From positions 1,486,280-1,550,279 of the forward strand of contig NW_002060956.1 of assembly GCF_000150275.1 (NCBI RefSeq): DNA of 64,000 bases, in the 5' to 3' direction. Of the stretch, positions 41,938-54,311 are shown one piece after another. A model generated the notes under the pieces. The model was not told the origin of the DNA. It worked only from the letters and a program-made list of their open reading frames with translations, and searched no databases. The stretch comes from Trichoplax adhaerens (taxonomy: Eukaryota > Animalia > Placozoa). The translations under genes and the position numbers were made by a program. Numbering within the stretch: position 1 is the first letter of the stretch; every line of letters starts with the position of its first letter.

Positions 41938-43044
41938 TTACTTGACTGTATTAACCCATCGTTTGCACATTTTATTCGATAGTATAGAATAAATTAAGGG
42001 ATTAATAGCAGAATTGATAGCTAATAAAAAAATTCCAATGGGTACAATTTGCATAAATGACCTACTTTCGACAATAGATAGCTGCAACAGTTTGAACATT
42101 GCAATTAAGATAGCTGGTAACCAACAAGCTAAATTGGTAAAGGCGATCATCACAGCTATAACTAATAAGTATCTTTCCGCTGTAATACGTCGTGTTTTAA
42201 CTAACGTTACACGTCGGACGTGATAAATAATTTTAGCATATAAAACTAGTACAAGTAGGTAACTCATAGACCATAAGCCAATAGATATAAATAGAAATAT
42301 TTGCAGAGGAACATCGTTTAAGTTACCATACATGCATAAATTGCGAAAAGTACCACTCGAGGTATCATTGTCAGCAGTATTAATTGATCGAATGACGATA
42401 TAGGTAGAACAAGCTATACCAACTAGCCAGCAAATTGCCATAATTATTATTGCACGCCGACGAGTAATACGATAGAGGCTTCGATGATGAATAATGGTAA
42501 TATAACGATCGATAGCAATAAAGAATGTTATTAACACCGACATAAATGAATCGATAGTAATTAGTAGTCTTGCAATGGAACAAACTGGATCCTGTAACCA
42601 CATAGCACCGATGGTTAGATTGCCGTTAACTGAGGGCGCTAAAGTGGTTGATAGGGTCGATTTACATCTCCAGCTTTTAGTATTTATTGTTTGATTGCTA
42701 TGATAATTGTACTTATTTTGATTTCCAGAATACTGTAAATGATAATGATAATCTGCTGAAGCAATAGTTAGCAAATAGAACGATCCAAGTAAATCCGCAA
42801 CTGCTAAATTGTTGATAAAAAAAACCGAAACTCGTTTATTTTTACTATCGTTGGTACTATCATTGACAGCATACTCTGGTGCAGTACGCTTGTGACGAGA
42901 AAAAATTCGACGGCAACGTCGAAATTTACCCATAAAAACATAAATGTTCGAAATTATACCTAATATGCCAAAAGACCAGGCTAACCCTCTTGCAACTTGG
43001 TTATCTTCTAATAAAAGCATTGCTAAGTTAGAACCATTAGCCAT
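41938..43044 (-). CDS. Intronless rhodopsin-class GPCR with an LGR/RXFP(GRL101)-like 7TM domain, 368 aa; paralog of 30313-31422
   Basis: LLEDN..ARGLAW start, TM2 FINNLAVADLLGSFYLLTIASADYHY, W..DPVCSIAR, IAIDRY, NLC, TM6 FTNLACWLP, TM7 NSAINPLIYS. Confidence 0.92.
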   Translation of the reverse strand: MANGSNLAMLLLEDNQVARGLAWSFGILGIISNIYVFMGKFRRCRRIFSRHKRTAPEYAVNDSTNDSKNKRVSVFFINNLAVADLLGSFYLLTIASADYHYHLQYSGNQNKYNYHSNQTINTKSWRCKSTLSTTLAPSVNGNLTIGAMWLQDPVCSIARLLITIDSFMSVLITFFIAIDRYITIIHHRSLYRITRRRAIIIMAICWLVGIACSTYIVIRSINTADNDTSSGTFRNLCMYGNLNDVPLQIFLFISIGLWSMSYLLVLVLYAKIIYHVRRVTLVKTRRITAERYLLVIAVMIAFTNLACWLPAILIAMFKLLQLSIVESRSFMQIVPIGIFLLAINSAINPLIYSILSNKMCKRWVNTVK

Positions 43045-46000
43045 CTTTATATCAATCCTTGTGATAGAGAAAATGCCGTTAGGATCAAAGTAGCTGTCCT
43101 TTAATCAAGGTAGAGTCCAATATTTGCGGCAATACAAGAATAAAGCTGAACCTAAAGTGAAAAATGAGTTATTACGATTAAGTATGGAAAAAGAAGAAAA
43201 AAATAACATTAAAAGTGGCTGTATATGAAACCTCTTCGAATATTAATATTAGAAATAAAGTTTGTAAATAGTAAAGCATCGTCGTACACTATTTCCTTGA
43301 AATTAAAATCGATATTTAGTTCTAATCCGTACCAGTTTAAGATAACGCTCAGAATTCATCCAAAAACGCAGCCATGCAATATTTATTACTTATCTTGGAC
43401 TTTTGAATATGACATTGGTGTTTTTGATCAAGTAGACTTGCAATTATGCAATCTAAGATCAAGACGTTATTATGGAAAGGATTTTAAATTTGGTTAGGAA
43501 TAACTAGCAAATAGTAAAATACGTCTGATAGACGGAAATTAAGAAATAATACGATGGAATAAGAGATTGAGTAGTGAGCACTCTAAAAGCGTAGAACAAA
43601 AATTATAATGTAAAGGACACGGAGAAAAAACATCAATTCGGATGTATAATTATCGATGATAGCTAAGGTCGTAATGATTAAGAGAGTTATTTTCTTCCTT
43701 TAGTGTGTCAATTAATTTATAATTAATTATATTTGCATGGCTGTGTTGATTATATCATTAAGGTGAAATTGACTTTATTAATGGGTGGTACAAAATTCGA
43801 CAATATCATTAAGTGCCATTAAAATGAACTAAATGCTTCCTCTTGTTGATAAATTTTGGCCAATTGATCTTTTCATAGTTATGTTTATTGACTAAGTTAT
43901 GCTATCACCAACTTAATGATCGCTTCGGCAGGAAAGATAATGTATTGCATTCAATTTCTGTTTTATGACGTCAAAATTAGTTAACATAGAAGAGAAGAGA
44001 ATGACTAAATAATATACAATGATATGCTTCATCATAATACCATTTATGAGTTATACATGTGCTATATGTAAATGTATTAGTATTTTTGCTATTCCTTCCT
44101 GCTCGCTATCATTTAAAAATAAGATGTTTTTATAAAACAGCAATTTTATGTCGTTAGTATACTTAGGATTTATGTTGTGAATATAATGTTATACTCTACA
44201 ATAGTGCTAACAGGAAAATCAATCAAGCTAGAAGTACAAAAAACTAAATATAAAATTAGACGATACCGTATCATCCAGCTTACTGTTGAGAACTTATTAC
44301 AATATTTGTCCTAAAATACAATAAGAATTAAATATTTTAATTACACTATTTAAAAATAAATTCGTGAAGGTATTATATTATATAACAATTTATTATTACT
44401 AATATAATTAATATTTAATTTGAGATATGTTAAAGTCTGATTACAGAGGTAAAATTGTAATATCGTCAATAAGTCGTCTACAGTAGTCAGTGAAACCTCA
44501 TTAAATTAACCTTACTGCTTAATATCGATTTGTACACTACCGTCCTTAATTCACTCAAAAATGCTCATGATTGAAACCGGGCTATAGTACAGATGAACGA
44601 TAGTTGACATTCAAAATCCTAAATTGAAAATAAGAAATACTAGTAATATGTTCTGCAGATTCAATCAGAATCTAATAATAATATCTGTGGATATCATTAC
44701 AATCAATTGTAAAGATATGTAATGTAAAGGCACAGACTTCTTTTCATAACAAAATATTGGCCAATATTACTGTAGAAATATGCTATGCACGATTATTTTA
44801 AAATTAGTTAATGAGATAGAATTGGGCAATCATTAATTGTAGCTTTTATTATTCATGTCAAAAGTAGATCAATACAAAATCGTTAATCCTATTTTAACAG
44901 TGAGCTAAACCTTTCTAACTGATATGAATCAGATTGAATTAATAAATTAATGAAATATCAAGGCAATCAATGGAAGAGTTATACAAACATCCCTGTCATC
45001 ATCTGCTAAAGGTATTCCATTAAACAATAGGTATCGGACGTATGTATATTATACAGTACCGTGTATAGTAATTAAAAAGATAAAAATAATTTATTTACAT
45101 TACTAAAATGACGTTTTAAAAAAATTAAATCTATCTAGTCGACCAATGTTTCAGATGCTTTTTGATGATATAATAAAAATGCACTCACGAAATGTTTAAC
45201 ATCTTATAAATAAATCTTGTCTATACAGTAATATAGCAATAGAAAGAGAGCATATTACTAGAATAACTTCGTGGATTGTGTATTAAAGAAAAGAGTGTAA
45301 AAACCAAAGTTATCGAAAAATAATGGAATTTTTAACAATACTGAGATCGGAAGCTAGAGTATAGTGCCTAGCGATCTACTTTTTATGTTCTAAAGTAAAT
45401 CTACATAAATGGTAAGTATATGAATAACCTAATAAAGTAAGTAGTTCATTACGGTATTGGACAGATCGATCACTGATAGGTGTTACAAGTATACAAAATA
45501 TATTTATGCCGTCTGATCGAGGATCCTTAACATTCTTGTCAAAGTACAAATTAAATTTTAACATCATAACCAAAATCATAAAGTTCCGACTGTAAGTAAG
45601 CAATTGGAGGATCGTAATTAATCTCCATATGGCTAAAATTTAAAATATAAATACGATGGGATTGACCCAAATATGTAAATTATTTGTAGAGTTCGAATAG
45701 TTGGATTTAGTTGCCATTTTTATTTAAAAATAAATTCAAACGTTCTACGGTACCAGGATGATTCAATCTCTTATCAGTACTAGCCAATAATTCACTGGTC
45801 TAAGATAGATATTGAAATTGTTTTGTATCAATAGCGTACTGTCACTACGATACTTTAATTTGAAACTATATAAAACCTTGCTTTAGTATTTTAAAAGAGT
45901 AAATATCAATTATAGGTATGTATTACATATTGCCTGATAAATAGAGTTTAAGTGGCCTTCATTAATCGAAATTCTCGTATATATTGAATTAACCTGCTTT

Positions 46001-49000
46001 ATCAATATTATATTGTAGTTTTCTAGGTAGCGATAGTTAATGGAATTTTCTTAAGTCGTAGCTGAGAATAAATAACTTAAATAAGGCTAAAATTATTAAT
46101 AAGTGAAGATTAAGATTATCCGAGAGTTATGTGAGTAGACCTGACTCAAAGTATAGTAGATTTACTAATCTGTAAACTGTCTATAGAGTTATATTATTGA
46201 TGGTAGTATTTTTGTTTGTTTGTAAGGCACATCAGAGAATTTAGATCTATTTGAAATTTCAACCATTCTGCATATAATCTGAGAAAATTGAGTAATAAAG
46301 TAGTTTAGTACGATAAACTACCGATAAAATGAAATTTAATGCTTATATATATATTTAACTGCGATGTACCATAACCGGTTGGAAACCAATATTGGAAAGC
46401 AAAGTTTTATATCTGGAACGTTAAGTAGGTTGATTACTCTGAAGGTACTGTTCTAGATTACTTCTTTTCAGGATAGCATCTAGATAACATCTGATGCCAT
46501 CCTGTATTATACAGAACTTAAGTTTTAGCAATAAACTTTTGATACAACAGTATTAATGGCTTAATTACAGCCACACAGTTGCGTAATCGATGGTTGTATC
46601 ATATAACAATAAAGATTATTAACTGTACTTTTTGCGAATATGATGGATATTGGCAAAGTCTTCATTAGAAGTAATTTTAAAACGTAATACTCATGTACTT
46701 ATAGAGAGTATTAATCGTCGCTTTCTATTTAAATGGCATCGTTTCGAAAAATAGTAATTATACGTAGAAGCTGACTTGTATAGCAAAACTAAAGACATTA
46801 ATGATTGTTATGCAATAAGGGGTATTATTATCTTTAATTTATAGAATTACTATATAAATTATGTTATCCTACATTAGCAGTCTTATAATAAATGAAAGGA
46901 AAATGTTACTTGCGTTAAAATTTAAATTATAACAATTTTAAAAATTATAACAAGGGTATTTTGCGTTATTGCTATATCCTGAAATCGTTTTATTCTAAAA
47001 AATTTGGTATCGAGTCACGGCTACTGAATTAAAGTTTAGCGGCTAATGTTTGAATTACTGGTTGTATTTTTAATGTTTGGATATCATTAAGGTCGTATTA
47101 TACTTTACATTGCTATACTACCGGTGATTATAAGGCTAAATCCACTAAATTCCCGGATAGATTTAAAAAGTGAAAAGGTATTAAATCAATGAAAATGATT
47201 TTTGGAGTAACTCCTTTGCTGCATAATATTATGGGAGATATAGTTATGATTAATGTTGCGTAATATGCTAAATTAGTCAATTATAATTTTTAATTTAAGG
47301 TAATCGCCTATTTTGATGTAATAAATATATTATTTAATACATCAATACTATCATGATTAACAACCAAAGAAGTATGCTAAATATACTACGTCAACGGAAT
47401 CATCGACAATTTTTAACTACTACAATATTAAATCAACTAATTTAGATTTATTTTACTCTGAAAAAATTTAACATCACTAATACTGAGTTACATTTTAGGT
47501 ACACGTAATCTACTTGGCATCGTAATATAAATTATTGACTTTCATTATCTGCCATCAATATTCTTAAGTTCATCAAAACAACGATGATGGCTTGTCATTT
47601 TACTGCATAGGGGTATACCTACAAATTTAACAGCAGTCCCAAAATAGATCTATCTAAATTAGCTAGTCCTTGATCCGCGTTGAAGGACTGATGCACGTAA
47701 TAAACTAAAGTTTCACAAGGACCCAAAGTTTTTTCTCATATAAGTGTTATTTTACTTATTTCCAACTCTTCTTACATTCTTATAGTAATTTTAGTGCTTT
47801 TCATATAGAAATGATATTGTAAAGACACAGTTTCGCAGGCGCTAAATGGAATATGTGTGAAATATATGCATTACCTATTTGAGCGGCTATAAATTTTAAA
47901 ATTCATTGCCAGATGAGTATATCTGCGATGATTATATAAGATTTGCAATCGGTTATAGCAGATGAACAATATTGCAAATGAAGTAAACGTAAAAAAGTGA
48001 AAACCATATTCAATTTACCCAGTGCTTATAAGCTTATTAGTTATTATTTGAGTTAATAGCAACTCCTTGTATATGTGTACAGTCGTGAAGATTTAAAGTT
48101 TTGCTTTCGAGTTAGTGACGCTGGAATCAGCTTCTTGTTAGTAGTAGACGCCTGCCGAATAGGGAAAATATATTTTCATCAATGGGATTACTTTTAAAAT
48201 GGGATATTAATGATTCTTAAAAATCTAAGTATTCAAACTTAATTGAATGATGGATTTGTCTCCTTCAAAAGCTTATCGAATGGCGTTGATATTCTCTATT
48301 TTAAATATGAATACGCTCTACACTACTTTTCTGTTCGTTATTCTCAGTACTAGAATTATACTCTATTAATAGCTGACATGGTAAACTACAGGATTATGCG
48401 CATCACTATTGCTAAATTTTTTTCATGACTACCAATCATGCATAATAGTTCTACCGTCATAAATAATTGTTATTAATATACCAGCGTTATCTAAATAATT
48501 GGATTGAATTCATCTACTATTGGCTAGCCAATATTTGATATCGTTTTTGACATGGCATAGGATATGCAGCTTTTCTAAGGAAATTTGAGTCGGTAGCAGA
48601 ATATTTAATCGGTATTTGCTGGTAGTATAATATTAAGAACTGGTTATTATTTCTAGAATATAGTACCAATAGAACTAGACTCACGTATTGATTCTACTAT
48701 TTTGATTGTTGACTTGATAGTCTTTATAATAATATAGCAAATCAGCCATCCCTTCGATTGGTATTAGTATAAGTCCATTGTACTGGGAATAGAATATAGA
48801 AAAAACAGGAAATAACTGTTTAATATTAATGGATAACAGTGAGATAAATAAACTGGATGAAAAGTTTAACCACAACGTCTGGCCTGCGCCCAAAAATGAT
48901 TTTGTAACCCTCTTACAGTTTCATTAAACGCTTGTTTCAGATATTGCAGTTGATGAACCCTTGCTAATAAATTTATGACTGAATTCAGATTTAAGATTTA

Positions 49001-51740
49001 TGGTTAAAATTAATTTCAACTTTTAAGAATTTAGTATCGCTTAGCGATCCTATTAATTCTTGCAGCTGCAAGACAATTTCTATATAGCCTTCAATTATAC
49101 TGTATATCAAGAAAGTGTGAATCAATTACTTGATTTTAGATAATTTTATAGTTTGTATGTTGGCTGAATCATTCTCTTGTCAAATGGAAAAATTAAATAT
49201 TTCAGTAGATGTACCGATTTATTGCCCACGTTACTGTACTTACTAGCAAATTTAAATCGTGATCTTTGAAACATGGATAATACAGATTATGTCGTAAATG
49301 AGATCTTGATCCTGAAACAGTTTAATTTTTCTAACGCTAATATTTGTTTATCAACTTTGATAATGCTTCAGTTTTTTTCTCATTTTCGACAGTGGACTTA
49401 TAATAGTTTTAATGTAGTACGGTAAAATTGGATTTATGTAGTTTAAGACTATGATTGAATGATAACTATATACTTTATAACTGTCGATAAAGTGTTGGAG
49501 TTATTTACAAGGAATTATCGTAAAAACGAAAATTTTTATAGAATCCTTTAATACTAAAAGCACGCAGAAGTTGAGATTTTGTCATAAGAAATTCTGCAAC
49601 TGATCGGCAGAATCGTATGATCAAAAATGACTGCTAGACGCTAATTTGCATGTCCTTTGTAGTTTTATGTAAATACTTATGTTAATAGTTTGACATCATG
49701 AACAAAAGCATAGTATTAGTTTCGTTAATATTAAAGTATCTGGGCGCTATTCCTGTAAATAGTTTTATTAGAGCATTAATTAGTCTTTTTGATACAGAGA
49801 ACATAGCATTTCTAGTTAAATCGATTACATGTAGCCTTTCACAGTAAATTCTCTTAATAATTCATAATTTCACTTGACTTGAATTAAATTCAGTCGATTA
49901 ATTACTAATAATGGCACCATCACGACAACAATCCTATTTCATTATTGATTATGTGATTAATTATTTCCTATAAAATTAATGTTATCGTTATAAATTAGTT
50001 ACTAGTACAAGGCTTCTACTTGAATAGTAATAGGGTTGCAGGATGTTTACGTTAATGTAACGATTCAGTTAGGGCCAATATTTACAATTATTTCATAATA
50101 TTCTCCTGCAAGCAACATTCTCTAAAGAACTTTAGTAAGAAAGAATATCGACGCTATTAAGCTGTTCGACGGCATTATACCCTAAAATTAAAGCATTATA
50201 ATAGCCTAAAGTAAGTGGATGAGTAAAATAAAAAGCGTTATTTTTTACGTCAGCTTATATAGTAAAAGACATGAGGTTAATTAAAATGAACATCTGCAAG
50301 TTCTTAATACAGGATTGAGTGAAATAAGCTGTTTAAATACCTATATACATGTTTCCTATAAAATTTATAAATAAGTAGATATGCGTAAGCGTAACAGATT
50401 TTTCGAAATGTAGTCGTATCCTGCTATTTCATTTTCTTGTAGCACGGGAGTATCAATACGTTCAAATATTTGAAAAATTATCAAAGAGTAATAGGTTATT
50501 TCGATATCAGCACAAATCGACTTGTATGTAATAGAGATGGTCTATAAGCCTTTATATAAATTTTCACTATAAATACTATAAATGCTTCACAAAACGTATC
50601 ATATACATAGTCATTTATAATTTAAGAAATCTTGACAGAAGACAATTAAAATGTACTAATGTTAGTAAAAATTCGTGATTGCATATCCACCACAAATTAT
50701 ATTTTAGGATAATGCTATCCTGATATCTTAATAAAAAAATTACAGGACTTAGCAAGTGTGATATATACCAATCACGAAATTCCAAGTTTTAGAAAAATAA
50801 GGGCTTTATTCAATCTTATACAAAGATTAACTACACAGCTCTACTCTAGCCGAATACTACTTCTAAAGACTTCTAGAACGAACTAACAGAATAATCTAAA
50901 GTTGCATGCTTTTATACTTTCCGTAGCATTCGCAGCTACAATCCGCATGGCAACCTTTTACCTTATTTTACACATAGCTAAATTATTCTTAGTAAGGCTA
51001 TTCTACTGCGGACCATCATTAATCCAATATGGATACGACTACAGTACTTACGTAGACATTATTCACACCAGCCAAAGTACAATGAATTAACCATATCCTA
51101 ATATATGATTTACAGTTCTATTTTTACCTATAGCCATATTAGTAACTCAACAGCTTACTGTATATAGTCATCTGTACTCTAGTATAGCGTCTCTACCACT
51201 ACAGTCTATAGTTACAGCTACCAAATATCTCTTAGGATAAATATCTACCGTACATTATACTACACATGGCTAACAGTCTACAATCACAATACTAAGTTAC
51301 ATTACAGCAAGATATTGCAATTTCATGGACGAATATTAAATACAGCACACTATTACATTTAAAAAGGAGATATTTGGAGCCACCCTGGACTCTTAACCAG
51401 TCCAGTTTTCTTGGAAATAGATATCTGCACATATTTCTTATGACTACAATAGATAATTAATTGATTTAACTTACTTTAGGGAGCAATAATATCGTATCCA
51501 CTGACGTATTGATATTTAAATTAATCTTTTAACTGTAGCAACAAGCAAAATTAAGGATAATCTAGCTTATTTTACGCGGGTTAAAAGGAAATCGATCAAA
51601 TACATGAACTCATAAATGTATTGCTATGTTCTATAGACAAAAATAACGTATTTTTCTTAATTTAAAATAGCCCACATCCTGCTTTTCAGGCAAATCAAAA
51701 ATAGGCTTAGTACGGTTGTTATAAAATCAGTAGGTGGCTG

Positions 51741-52698
51741 ATTCTCAATAACTACATCGAAGGTAATTGTAGTAATTTATTAGCATATACTAACTTTGTA
51801 CTAAAATCAAGATCAATATTCAACAGTAGGATAAATTACAACTACATTTAGATACCACTTTTCAACAAAATAGTTTTTATTTCTGCTATGCGCGTACGTA
51901 AAAATTATACTTAGTACAGCAATTTTTATTTCATAAATGTATAGCTAAGGCCTAAAATCGTTTTAATATCATTAATTGCGGTCTAATTATGTGTACAATA
52001 TGATAATTCTTGTTTATTGTAAGATTAGATACTTCGCTCTTTGTCAAAATTTATCTTAGATCCACAAGTGTGTAGCCATCTTTTATCGTTCTATATTTTA
52101 TTAGATCAACTTGACTGCATTCTAAATTTATGTACCATCTACTATCGCATTAATATTGCTATTAATCTTTAAATTGTAGCTACGAGTAAAATATAGGACA
52201 AATCTAGCTAAATTTATGTAAATAAGAAACGAATTCAATTTATTAAGTGAGCTAATAAATGCGTTGCTGTTGTCTATGGACACAAATACACGTTGTTTAT
52301 TTAATTTAAAATAAAGTATATCTTCTTTTCTGCTAAAATAAAATAAGCTTAATGGGATGATTTTAAATCATTACATGATTGATTCACTTGCTACATCGAA
52401 GGTAATGCTATTAATTTATTAGGATATGCTAAATGCACACTTAAATTTGAGATCAATTTCAATATAGAATTAAGTATAAGTACTTAAGTTACCGCTTGCA
52501 ACGAAATAGTATTTACTTCAATTATATATATAAACTATACGGTACTTATTTTCTTTCAAAACTGATATCTAATTATGTGTATAATACGATAGTTTTATTT
52601 GTTGTAAGATTAGATACTTCGCTCTTCATCAATCTATCTTAGATCCAAAACTATATAGCCATCTTTCATCGTTCTATGTTTAACTAGATCAGCTTGAC
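51741..52698. repeat. Older diverged direct duplication (~51741-52116 and ~52381-52698)
   Basis: Shared blocks in the same order: ctacatcgaaggtaat, tctaattatgtgta, ttgtaagattagatacttcgctctt, tatcttagatcca, tagccatcttt.atcgttctat, tagatca.cttgac. Confidence 0.85.
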
Positions 52699-53655
52699 CA
52701 CAGTAGTATTGGAATGAAAAATAAAATAAAATTTTCTATATTAAATTAAACAATTGAAGTCCAAACAAAATAAATTAGGGAAAAAACACCACTTTATTAT
52801 AACTATAACAACAATCTTAGCAAAACTTCTATGAATAGCAAAATACGGCCGAACTACTGCCTCAACCAACCAAACTATCAATTAATGAGGTAACTCACAA
52901 TCATCCTAGACTTTTCTCGTCTTCTCTAACTTCAACTGCTCTCAATTACCGAACTACGGCACCTTTAATATGGTACGCAAAGCAGTTGGTGGTGTTAGAT
53001 TATTTAACTGTCATTCTAAAGTGCTCCAAATTAAACTAGCAATCAAATACACATGATAAGATAAATTATACCCTAGATTCTCGACTACTACTAAATTAAT
53101 ACTAAGTATAGTTTAGCTTAAAACTCTATATTTCTACAGTATACGCTAAGACAAAATAACAATCCCAGATCGAATGTTTTGGGTTCATACTGTATCAAAT
53201 TACAGAGTAACATTAACTTCTACTGTAGTAAATGATCAAAATTAGCACACATATATTCTATTAACTAAATATATCGCTTGAATTACAAAATCATAATATC
53301 TGATTCTTAATAAAAATTATGCTACGGATTATCTTAACTTCTAACCCGAATAAAGCAGTCGGGTTTACAATATACTAAGATACTAAGTAAAATCTACCAT
53401 TATAATCAACCAAATAAGCCATATTTTTTGAAGCTAGAATACTTATCAAGATACAAAAACAAAGCTAGAATAATTACAATACAAGAACTTGGGGGAAAAT
53501 TCTAAGAATTAACCTTCATTACACCAGTGTCTAAATTGACGGATTGATGTTACTAAATCGTTTAGAAATGCTAGCTGGATTTACATAACCGTTACTTGTT
53601 CGATTTAGAAAAAATTTTTTGAGAATTTATCTAAAATTGATCAACTTGCAGAGTT

Positions 53656-54311
53656 TTAGCAAAAGAATTTGTATAACTCTGAAACATGTTCACAATTATA
53701 AGGAGCTTTCTCCAGGCAAAGAACGAGAGCTTTATCGCATTCACAGTTGGCTTGATCGCAAGTATCAAAGGAGGACTCTATTTGATCATAAAGAAATGAT
53801 GATTTTACGAAAATATTAATCAAGGCTGTAGTACAGCATCTAGGTATAGCAATGGATTCATAGCTGGCCGGCGTTATATAATTTTAATAATTGTCTAGTT
53901 AAGAAAGTATTTAATTGAATAGAAAACGACTCAAGGTGCAGAATAAAAGTTATAAAGATTTAGTTAAAAATTTAATTTAATCCTAACACTTACTGCAAAT
54001 AATTTCATTTTTCTGAACTTCCCACGAATAGAAGTTAAATTTTCCCTCGTATAAACCCTTACAATTTGTTTTTTGGTAGCATTTATCGTGATTCATACAA
54101 CAGATATCAGTTTTATCAACAGTATGATTACCTCTGGAACCCCAACCACAATAATTGCCGTATCCATAATAAGCTGCAGGATTACGGTTGATATTTCTCG
54201 ACTTCATCATGTAATATAAGTTGAAAAGGTTTTTTCTATGCGTTTTGGTTTGCATTGGCATTCGACAATCAATGTTATAAGAAGGATAGCAACAGTCTTG
54301 GTAATCATCAT
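53656..54311 (-). pseudogene. Secreted phospholipase A2 (group I/II/X-like), 2 exons, with a 1-nt frameshift after the signal peptide (pseudogene, null allele or sequence error)
   Basis: Exons 54311-53994 and 53777-53656. Frame A reads MMITKTVAILLITLIVECQCKPKRIEK then TFSTYIT*. Frame B reads NLFNLYYMMKSRNINRNPAAYYGYGNYCGWG...VDKTDICCMNHDKCY...EIIC/KSSFDTCDQANCECDKALVLCLEKAPYNCEHVSELYKFFC*. The two frames join if the A6 run (T at 54230-54235 on +) were A7. Confidence 0.8.

Noticed and set aside
43225-51090. Short 60-90 aa ORFs in the gene-poor region
   Set aside because: AT-driven composition, no recognisable motifs and no consistent splice pattern.
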